A DNA stretch of 20,000 nt from Malacoraja senta. Its lineage: Eukaryota. The notes beneath the pieces are model-generated. The model saw nothing but the letters and a program-made list of their open reading frames with translations. It was not told the origin of the DNA and did not search any database. The stretch lies in the NCBI GenBank assembly GCA_038087875.1, contig JAXLNO010000584.1, positions 49,517-69,516 of the forward strand. The letters are read 5' to 3'. Both the position numbers and the translations under genes were made by a program. This document shows, piece by piece, positions 9,801-20,000 of the stretch; position 1 is the first letter of the stretch, and every line of letters begins with the position of its first letter.

Positions 9801-12800
9801 TTTTCAAAGCAAACCTTTTGGCATTTTTTTAATAGCAAACCACCATTTGCATTTTCAAAGCAAACCACCATTTGGATTTTCAAAGCAAACCACTTTTGCA
9901 TTTTCAAAGCAAACCACAGTTAGCATTTTCAAAACAAACCACCTTTTGCACTTTCAAAGCAAACGACCTTTTGCATTTTCAAAGCAAACCACCTTTTCCA
10001 TTTTAAAAGCAAACCACTTTTTGGCATTTTTATACCAAACCACCCTTTGCATTTTCAAAGCAAACCACCTTTTCCGTTTTCCAAGCAAACCACCTACTAC
10101 ATTTTCAAAGCAAACCAACTTTTGCATTTTCAAAGCAGACCACCTTTTGCATTTTCAAAGGAAACACCTTTTCCATTTTCAAAGCAAATCACCATTTGCA
10201 TTTTCAAAGCAAACCTTTGTGCATTATCAAACCAATCCATCTTTTGTATTTTCAAAGCAAACACCTTTTCAAAGCAAACCACCTTTTCAACGCAAACCAC
10301 CTTTTGCATTTTCAAGGCAAACCACCTTTTGCATTTTTACAGCAAACCACCTTTTGCAATTTCAAAGCAAACCACCTTTTGCTTTTTCAAAGCAAACCAC
10401 CATTTGCATTTCCATTAAAAAGCAGCTTTTGCATTTTCAATGCAAACCAGCAAACCACCTTTTGCATTTTCAAAGCAAGCGAACTTTTGCATTTTCAAAG
10501 CAAACAACCTTTTGCAATTTCAAAGCAAACCACCATTTGCCCTTCAAAGCAAACCACCATTTGCATTTTCAAAGCACATCACCTTTTCCATTTTCAAAGT
10601 AAATCACCTTTTGCATTTTCCATGCAAACCAGCAAACCAACTTTTGCAAATTCAAAGCATACCACCTTTTTCATTTGCAAAGCAAACCACCTTTTGCATT
10701 TTCAAACAAACCACTTTTTCAATATTCAAAACAAACCATCTACAGCATTTTTAAAGGAAACCACCTACAGCATTTTCAAGGCAAACCATCTTTTGCATTT
10801 TCAAACCAAACCTCCTTTTGCATTTTTAAAGCAAACCACATTTTGCATTTCCAAAGCACCCCACCTTTTGCATTTTCAAAGCAAACCACCTTTTGCATTT
10901 TCAATGCAAACCAGCGACCAACTTTTGCATTTTCAAAGCAAACCACCTTTAGCATTTTCAAAACAAACGACATTTTGCATTTTCAAAGCAAACCACATTT
11001 TGCATTTTCAGAGCAAACCGCCTTTTGGCATGTTATAGCAAACCACATTTTGCATTTTCAAAGCAAACCACATTTTGCATTTTCAGAGCAAATAGCCTTT
11101 TGGCATGTTATAGCAAACAACCTTTTGCATTTTCAAAACAAACCACCATTTGCATTTTCAAAGCAAACCACCTTTTTCATTTTCAAAGCAAACGACCTTT
11201 TGCATTTTCAAAGCAAACCACCTTTTACATTTTCAAAGCAAACCACCTTTTCCATTTTCAAAGCAAACCATCTACTGCATTTTTAAAGCAAACCACCTTT
11301 TGCATTTTCAAAGCACACCACATTTTGCATTTTCAAATCAAACCACCTTTAGCATTTTCAATGCAAACCAGCAAACCAACTTTTGCATTTTCAAATTAAA
11401 CCACATTTTGCATTTTCAAAGCAATCCGCCTTTTGGCATTTTATAGCAAACCACCGTTTGCATTTTTAAAGCAAACCACCATTTCCATTTTCAAAGCTAA
11501 CCACTTTTTGCAATTTCAAAGCAAACCACCTTTTGCATTTTTAATGCAAACCACCTTTTGCATTTTAAAAGCAAACCACCTTTTGCATTTTCAAAGCAAA
11601 CCAACTTTTGCATTTCCAAAGCAAACCACGTTTTGGCATTTTTATACCAAACCACCTTTTGCATTTTCAAAACAAACCACCTTTTACATTTTCAAAGCAA
11701 ACCACCATTTGTATTTTTAAAGCAAACCACCTTTTGCATTTTAAAAGCAAACCACCTTTTGCATTTGCAAAGCAAACCATTTTTTGCAATTTCAAAGCAA
11801 ACCACCTTTTGCATTTTCAAAGCAAACCACCTTTTCCATTTTCAAAGCGAACAATCTACTGCATTTTTAAAGCAAACCTTTTTGCATTTTCAAAGCAAAA
11901 GACCTTTTCCATTTTCAAACCAAACCACTTTTTGCATTTTCAAAGCAAACCAACTTTTGCATTTTCAATGCAAACCACTTTTTGCATTTTGAAAGCAAAC
12001 CACCTATAGCATTTTCAAAGCAAACCACCTTTTGCATTTTCAAAGCAAACCACCTTTTGCATTTTTAAAGCAAACCACCTTTTGCATTTTCAAAGCACAC
12101 CACCTTTTGCATTTTCAAAGCAAACCACCGTTTGCATTTTCAATGCAAACAAGCAAACCAACTTTTGCATTTTCAAAGCAAACCTCCTTTTGCATTTTCA
12201 AAACAAACGACATTTTGCATTTTCAAAGCAAACCACCATTTGCATTTTCAAAGCAAACCACTTTTTGCAATTTCACAGCAAACCGCCTTTTGCATTTTCA
12301 ATCCAAACCACATTTTGCATTTTAAAAGCAAGCCACCTTTTGCATTTTCAAAGCAAACCACCTTTTGCATTTTTAATGCAAACCACCTTTTGCTTTTTCA
12401 AAGCAAACCACCATTTGCCCTTCAAAGCAAACCACTATTTGTATTTTCAAAGCAAACCTTTTGCATTTTCAAACTAAACCCTTTGCATTTTCAAAGCAAA
12501 CCTTTTGCATTTCCAAAGCAAACTACATTTTTCATTTTCAAAGCAAACCACCTTTTGCATTTTCAAAGCAAATCACCTTTGGCAATTTTCAAAGAAAACC
12601 ACATTTTGCATTTTCACAGCAAACCACCATTTCCATTTTCAAAGCAAGCCACCTTTTGCATTTTCAAAGCAAACCACCTTTTGCATTTTTAATGCAAACC
12701 ACCTTTTGCTTTTTCAAAGCAAACCACCATTTGCCCTTCAAAGCAAACCACTATTTGTATTTTCAAAGCAAACCTTTTGCATTTTCAAAGTAAACCCTTT

Positions 12801-15800
12801 GCATTTTCAAAGCAAACCTTTTGCATTTCCAAAGCAAACTACATTTTTCATTTTCAAAGCAAACCACCTTTTGCATTTTCAAAGCAAACCACCTTTTCCA
12901 TTTTCAAAGCGAACAATCTACTGCATTTTTAAAGCAAACCTTTTTGCATTTTCAAAGCAAAAGACCTTTTCCATTTTCAAACCAAACCACTTTTTGCATT
13001 TTCAAAGCAAACCACCTTTTGCATTTTCAATGCAAACCACTTTTTACATTTTGAAAGCAAACCACCTATAGCATTTTCAAAGCAAACCACCTTTTGCATT
13101 TTCAAAGCAAACCACCTTTTGCATTTTTAAAGCAAACCATCTTTTGCATTTTCAAAGCACACCACCTTTTGCATTTTCAAAGCAAACCACCGTTTGCATT
13201 TTCAATGCAAACAAGCAAACCAACTTTTGCATTTTCAAAGCAAACCTCCTTTTGCATTTTCAAAACAAACGACATTTTGCATTTTCAAAGCAAACCACCA
13301 TTTGCATTTTCGAAGCAAACCACTTTTTGCAATTTCAAAGCAAACCGCCTTTTGCATTTTCAATCCAAACCACATTTTGCATTTTAAAAGCAAGCCACCT
13401 TTTGCATTTTCAAAGCAAACCACCTTTTGCATTTTTAAAACAAACCACCTTTTGCTTTTTCAAAGCAAACCACCATTTGCCCTTCAAAGCAAACCACTAT
13501 TTGTATTTTCAAAGCAAACCTTTTGCATTTTCAAAGTAAACCCTTTGGATTTTCAAAGCAAACCTTTTGCATTTCCAAAGCAAACTACATTTTTCATTTT
13601 CAAAGCAAACCACCTTTTGCATTTTCAAAGCAAATCACCTTTGGCAATTTTCAAAGAAAACCACATTTTGCATTTTCACAGCAAACAACCTGTTCCATTT
13701 TCAAAGCAAACCTCCTTTTGCATTTTTAAAGCAACCAACCTTTTGCATTTTCAAAGCACCCCACCTTTTGTATTTTCAAAGCAAACCACCTTTTGCATTT
13801 TCAAAGCAAACCACCTTTTGTATTTTCAAAGCAAACCACCTTTTGCATTTTCAAAGCACACCACTTTTTTGAAATTTCAAATCAAACCACCTTTTGCATT
13901 TTCAAAGCAAACCACCTTTTCCATTTTCAAAGCAAACCATCTACTGCATTTTTAAAGCAACCCTTTTTGCATTTTCAAAGCAAACCACGTTTTGCATTTT
14001 CAAAGGAAACCATCTTTTCCATTTTCAAAGCAAACCATCTACTGCTTTTTTAAAGCAAACCTTTTTGCATTTTCAAAGCAAACCATCGTTTGCAATTTCA
14101 AAGCAAACCACCTTTTGCATTGTCAATGCAAACCAGCAAACCAACTTTTGCATTTTCGTAGCAAACCACCTTTTGCATTTTCAAAACAAACGACCCTTTG
14201 CATTTTCAAAGCAAACCACATTTTGCCTATTCAAAGCAAACCTCCGTTTGCCGTTTTTATAGCAAACCACCTTTTGCATTTTAAAAGCAAACCACCTTTT
14301 GCATTTTCAAAGCAAACCACCGTTTGCATTTTCAAAGCAACCACCTTTTGCTTTTTCAAAGCAAAGCACCATTTGACCTTCAAAGCAAACCACTATTTGC
14401 ATTTTCAAAGCATACCTTTTGCATTTTCAAAGTAAACCGTTGGCATTTTCAAAGCAAACCATTTGCATTTTCAAAGCAAACGACATTTTTCATTTTCAAA
14501 GCAAACCACCTTTTGCATTTTCAAAGAAAACCACATTAGCATTTTCAAAGCAAACCACCTTTTGCATCTTTAAAGCAAACCACCTTTTGCATTTTCTAAG
14601 CCTACCACCTTTTGTATTTTCAAAGCAAACCACCTTTTGCATTTTCAAATAAAACCACATTTGCATTTTCAAACCAAACCACCTTTTGCATTTTCAAAGC
14701 AAACCACCTTTTGCATTTTCTAAGCATACCACCTTTTCCATTTTCAAAGCAAACCATCTACTGCATTTTTAAAGCAAACCTTTTTGCATTTTCAAAGCAA
14801 ACCACGTTTTGCATTTTCAAAGGAAACCAATTTTTCCATTTTCAAAGCAAACCATCTACTGCTTTTTTAAAGCAAACCTTTTTGCATTTTCATAGCAAAC
14901 CATCTTTTGCAATTTCAAAGCAAACCACCTTTTGCATTTTCAAAGCAGACCACCTTTTGCATTTTCAAAGCAAAACACCTTTTAAATTTTCAAAGCAAAC
15001 CACCTTTTGCATTTTCAAAGCAAACCTTTTTGTATTTTCAAAGCAAACCACCTTTTGCATTTTCAAAGCAAACCACCTTTTGTAAATTCAAAGCAAACCA
15101 CCTTTTGCATTTTCAAAGCAAAACACCTTTTCCATTTTCATAGCACACCACCTTTTGCATTTTCAAAGCAAACCACCTTTTGCATTGTCAATGCAAACCA
15201 GCAAACTAACTTTTGCATTTTCGTAGCAAACCACCTTTTGCATTATCAAAACAAACGACCTTTTGCATTTTCATAGCAAACCACATTTTGCCTTTTCAAA
15301 GCAAACCTCCTTTGGGCGTTTTTATAGCAAATCACCTTTTCATTTTAAAAGCAAACCACCCTTTGCATTTTCAAAGCAAACCACCGTTTGCATCTTCAAA
15401 GCAACCACATTTTGCTTTTTCAAAGCAAACCACCATTTGACCTTCAAAGCAAACCACTATTTGCATTTTCAAAGCATACCTTTTGCATTTTCAAAGCAAA
15501 CCACCTTTTTCATTTTCAAAGCAAACGACATTTTACATTTTCAAAGCAAACCACCTTTTGCATTTTCAAAGAAAACCACATTTTGCATTTTCAAAGCAAA
15601 CCACCTTTTGCATTTTCAAAGCAAACCACCTTTTGCATTTTCTAAGCATACCATCTTTTGGATTTTCAAAGCAAACCACCTTTTGCATTTGCATTAAAAA
15701 GCAGCTTTTGCATTTTCAATGCAAACCAGCAAACCACCTTTTGCATTTTCAAAGCAAACCACCTTTTACATTTTCAAAGCAAACAACAATTTGCATTTTC

Positions 15801-18800
15801 AAAGCAAACCAACTTTTGCATTTTAAAGGAAAACCACCTTTTGCATTTTCAAAGCAAACCACCATTTGCATATTAAAAGCAAGCCACCTTTTGCATTTTC
15901 AAAGCAAACCACTTGTTTTGCAATTTCAAAGCAAACCACCTTTTGCATTTTCAAAGCAAACCACTTTTTTCATTTTCAAAGCAAACAATCTACTGCATTT
16001 TTAAAGCAAACCTTTTTGCATTTTCATACAAACCACCTTATGATTTTTCAAAGCAAACCTCCATTTCCATTTTCAAAGCAAACGACCTTTTGCATTTTCA
16101 AAGCAAACCACCTTTTGCATTTTCAAAGCAAACCACCTTATGTATTTTCAAAGCAAACCACCTTTTGCATTTTCAAAGCAAACCAATTTTTTTGCAATTT
16201 CAAATCAAACCACCTTTTGCATTTTCAAAGCAAACCATATTTTCCATTTTCAAAGCAAACCATCTACTGCATTTTTAAAGCAAACCTTTTTGCATTTTCA
16301 AAGCAAACCACGTTTTGCATTTTCAAAGGAAACCATCTTTTCCATTTTCAAAGCAAACCATCTACTGCTTTTTAAAAGCAAACCTTTTTGCATTTTCAAA
16401 GCAAACCATCTTTAGCAATTTCAAAGCAAACCACCTTTTGCATTTTCAAAGCAGACCACCTTTTGCATTTTCAAGGCAAAACACCTTTTCCATTTTCAAA
16501 GCAAACCACCTTTTGCATTTTCAAAGCAAACCTTTTTGCATTTTCAAAGCAAACCACCTTTTGCATTTTCAAAGCAAACCACCTATTGTAATTTTCGTAG
16601 CAAACCACCTTTTGCATTTTCAAAACAAACGACCTTTTGCATTTTCAAAGCAAACCACATTTTGCCTATTCAAAGCAAACCTCCGTTTGCCGTTTTTATA
16701 GCAAACCACCTATTGCATTTTTAAAGCAAACCACCTTTTGCATTTTCAAAGCAAACCACCGTTTGCATTTTCAAAGCAACCACCTTTTGCTTTTTCAAAG
16801 CAAACCACCATTTGACCTTCAAAGCAAACCACTATTTGCATTTTCAATGCATACCTTTTGCATTTTTAAAGTAAACCCTTGGCATTTTCAAAGCAAACCT
16901 TTTGCATTTTCAAAGCAAACCACCTTTTTCATTTTCAAAGCAAACGACATTTTTCATTTTCAAAGCAAACCACTTTTTGCATTTTCAAAGAAAACCACAT
17001 TTTGCATTTTCAAAGCAAACCACCTTTTGCATTTTGAAAGCAAACCACCTTTTGCATTTTCTAAGCATACCACCTTTTGTATTTTGAATGCAAACCACCG
17101 TTTGCATTTTCAAAGAAAACCACATTTTGCATTTTCAAAGCAAACCACCTTTTGCATTTTCAAAGCAAACCTCCGTTTCCATTTTCAAAGCAAACCATCT
17201 ACTGCATTTTCAAAGCAAACCACTTTTTCCATTTTCAAAGCAAACAATCTACTGCATTTTAAAGCAAACCTTTTTGCATTTTCAAAGCTAACCACCTTTT
17301 GCATTTTCAATGCAAACCAGCAAACCAACTTTTGCATTTTCAAAGCAAACCACCTTTTGCATTTTCAAAGCAAACCACCGTTTGCATTTTCAAAGCAAGC
17401 ACCTTTTGCTTTTTCAAAGCAAACCACCATTTGACCTTCAAAGCAAACCACTATTTGCATTTTCAAAGCATACCTTTTGCATTTTCAAAGTAAACCCTTG
17501 GCATTTTCAAAGCAAACCTTTTGCATTTTCAAAGCAAACCACCTTTTTCATTTTCAAAGCAAACGACATTTTGCATTTTCAAAGCAAACCACCTTTTGAA
17601 CTTTCAAAGTAAACCACTTTTTTTTGCAATTTCAAAGCAAACCACCTTTTGCATTTATAAGCAAGCTACTTTTTCCATTTTCAAAGCAAACAATCTACTG
17701 CATTTTAAAGCAAACCTTTTTGCATTTTCAAAGCAAACCTCCGTTTCCATTTTCAAAGCAAACCATCTAATGCATTTTCAAAGCAAACCACCTTTTGCAT
17801 TTTCAAAGCAAACCACCTTTTGCATTTTCAATGCAAACCAGCAAACCAACTTTTGCATTTTCAAAGCAAACCACCTTTTGCATTTTCAAAGAAAACCACA
17901 TTTTGGATTTTCAAAGCAAACCACCTTTTGCATTTTCAAAGCAAACCACATTTTGCATTTTCAAAGCATACCATATTTTGCATTTTCAAAGCAAACCACC
18001 TTTTGCATTTCCATTAAAAAGCACCTTTTGTATTTTCAAAGCAAACCACATTTTGCATTTTCAAAGCAAACCAATTTTTTTGCAATTTCAAATCAAACCA
18101 CCTTTTGCATTTTCAAAGCAAACCACCTTTTCTATTTTCAAAGCAAACCATCTACTGCATTTTTAAAGCAAACCTTTTTGCATTTTCAAAGCAAACCAAG
18201 TTTTGCATTTTCAAAGGAAACCACCTTTTCCATTTTCAAAGCAAACCATTTACTGCTTTTTTAAAGCAAACCTTTTTGCATTTTCAAAGCAAACCATCTT
18301 TTGCAATTTCAAAGCAAACCACTTTTTGCATTTTCAACGCAAACCACCTTTTGCATTTTCAAAGCAAACCACTTTTTGCATTTTGAAAGCAAACCACCTA
18401 TAGCATTTTGAAAGCAAACTACCTTTTGCATTTTCAATACAAACCTCCTTTTGCATTTTTAAAGCAAACCACCTTTTGCATTTTCAAAGCACACCACCTT
18501 TTGCATTTTCAAAGCAAACCACCGTTTGCATTTTCAATGCAATCCAGCAAACCAACTTTTGCATTTTCAAAGCAAACCTCCATTTGCATTTTCAAAACAA
18601 ACGACATATTGCATTTTCATAGCAAACCACGTTTTGCATTTTCAAAGCAAACCGCTTTTGGCATTTTATAGCAAACCACCTTTTGCATTTTCAAAGCAAA
18701 CCACCATTTGCATTTTCAAAGCAAACCATTTTTTGCATTTTCAAAGCAAACCACCCTTTGCATTTTTAAAGCAAACCACCTTTTGCTTTTTCAAAGCAAA

Positions 18801-19313
18801 CCACCATTTGCCCTTCAAAGCAAACCACTATTTTCATTTTCAAAGCAAACCTTTTGCATTTTCAAAGCAAACCACCTTTTACATTTTCAATGCAAACCAC
18901 CATTTGCATTTTCAAAGCAAACCACCTTTTGCATTTTAAAGGCAAACCACCTTTTGCATTTTCAAAGGAAACCACGATTTGTATATTAAAAGCAAGCCAC
19001 CTTTTGCATTTTCAAAGCAAACCACCTTTTGTATTTTCAAAGCAAACAACCATTTGCATTTTCAAAGCAAACCACATTTTGCATTTTCAAAGCAAACCAC
19101 CATTTGCATTTTCAAAGCAAACCACATTTTCCATTTTCAAAGCCGTCCATCTACTGCATTTTTAAAGCAAACCTTTTTGCATTTTCAAAGCAAACCACCA
19201 TTTGCCCTTCAAAGCAAACCACTATTTGCATTTTCAAAGCAAACCTTTTGCATTTTTAAAGCAAACCTTTTTGCATTTTCATACCAAACCCCCTTTTGCA
19301 TTTTCAAAGCAAA
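3820..19313 (+). repeat. 25-bp satellite array, main segment (roughly 620 monomers)
   Basis: Same monomer and orientation. Resumes directly after the (TTA)8 tail and ends at ...ttttcaaagcaaa (19313). Confidence 0.98.
11800..13685 (+). repeat. Duplication with 1062-bp offset, containing a nested 316-bp-offset duplication
   Basis: gcgaacaatctact at 11847/12909 and cacctatagc at 12001/13063 (offset 1062); gcaagccacc at 12328/12644 (offset 316). Confidence 0.85.
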
Positions 19314-19316
19314 TGC

Positions 19317-19816
19317 AAGTGGTGCCTGTGTCTAGAAGTGGGGCATGGGTCTAGAAGTGGGGCCTGAGTCTAGAAGTGGGGCCTGTGTCCTGAAGTGGGG
19401 CCTGAGTCTAGAAGTGGGGCCTGAGTCTAGAAATGGGGCCTGGGTCTAGAAGTGGGGCCTGAGTCTAGAAGAGGGGCCTGGGTCTAGAAGTGGGGCCTGA
19501 GTCTAGAAGTGGGCCTGAGTCTAGAAGTGGGGCCTGGGTCTAGAAGTGGGGCCCGAGTCTAGAAGTGGGGCCTGGGTCTAAAAGTGGGGACTGAGTCTAG
19601 AAGTGGGGCCTGAGTCTAGAAGTGGGGCCTGAGTCTAGAAGTGGGGCCTGAGTCTAGAAGTGGGGCCTGAGTCTAGAAGTGGGGCCTGAGTCTAGAAGTG
19701 GGGCATGAGTCTAGAAGTGGGGCCTGGGTCTAGAAGTGGGGCCTGGGTCTAGAAGTGGGGCCTGAGTCTAGAAGTGGGGCCTGGATCCAGAAGTCGGGCC
19801 TGAGTCTGGAAGTCGG
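19317..19816 (+). repeat. 19-bp G-rich minisatellite (GAGTCTAGAAGTGGGGCCT)n, ~26 copies
   Basis: Clear 19-bp period with a near-perfect core at ~19592-19703. GAG/GGG variants are interspersed and the edge units are more degenerate. Confidence 0.97.
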
Positions 19817-19869
19817 GACTCAGGCCCAACTTCTGGACTCAGGCCCGAATTCTGGGCTCAGGCACGACT
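19817..19869 (-). repeat. Inverted copies (~2.8 units) of the 19-bp minisatellite
   Basis: gactcaggcccaacttctg is the reverse complement of cagaagttgggcctgagtc; repeated with degeneration to 19869. Confidence 0.9.
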
Positions 19870-19919
19870 AATTGGTGAGTTTAGAATAGTTTAGGAGAGT
19901 TTTTTAATAATTACATGTT

Positions 19920-19977
19920 GAAGACCTCGTTCGATTAGGTAGAAGACCTCTTTCAACCTCCTTCAACCTCCTTCAAC
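19920..19977 (+). repeat. Short direct repeats: gaagacctc x2 and ttcaacctcc x2.6
   Basis: gaagacctc at 19920 and 19942; ttcaacctcc at 19952 and 19962, partial at 19972. Confidence 0.75.
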
Positions 19978-20000
19978 TATAGTTTTGGTCTCCTAATTTG

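Larger units (their letters stand above)
1..13750 (+). repeat. Higher-order repeat A-B-A'-B' (superunit ~6.2-6.3 kb excluding the insertion; block limits approximate)
   Basis: Landmark aaaaagcagc at 471, 4144, 7640, 10417 and ttatcaaaccaatcca at 21, 2651, 7090, 10224. Rare variants pair block 1 with 3 and block 2 with 4. Confidence 0.85.

Noticed and set aside
1..19313. CRISPR array (25-bp partly palindromic repeat)
   Set aside because: Units are contiguous, with no unique spacers, leader or cas genes.
1..19335. Numerous satellite ORFs, including the 929-aa one, as protein-coding genes
   Set aside because: Same peptide in all three overlapping frames, mostly TTG starts, frequent frame-shifting indels and no recognisable domain.
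19317..19816. Telomeric repeat or strong G-quadruplex array
   Set aside because: No TTAGGG-type unit; G4 runs are mostly 15 nt apart, too long for a canonical quadruplex.

Overview
Eukaryotic-looking, non-coding repetitive DNA; no credible gene. About 92% of the window (1-2976 and 3820-19313) is a tandem satellite of a 25-bp monomer (consensus TTTTGCATTTTCAAAGCAAACCACC). Diagnostic variants show nested higher-order structure: a ~6.2-6.3 kb A-B superunit present twice, 1062-bp and 316-bp duplications, and a distal sub-domain with its own variants. An ~845-bp non-coding element (2977-3819) with a GC/CpG-rich body interrupts the array. It starts with a YY1-type CAAGATGGCGG motif, has many G-U-compatible hairpins, and ends in an L2-type stem-loop, AATAAA and (TTA)8, so it looks like a non-autonomous non-LTR retrotransposon. 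The sister higher-order copy lacks exactly 1300 bp spanning this element. At 19317 the array abuts an unrelated 19-bp G-rich minisatellite, which flips orientation at ~19817. The many ORFs, including the 929-aa one, arise because the monomer has no + strand stop codon. All alignments and folds were done by eye.
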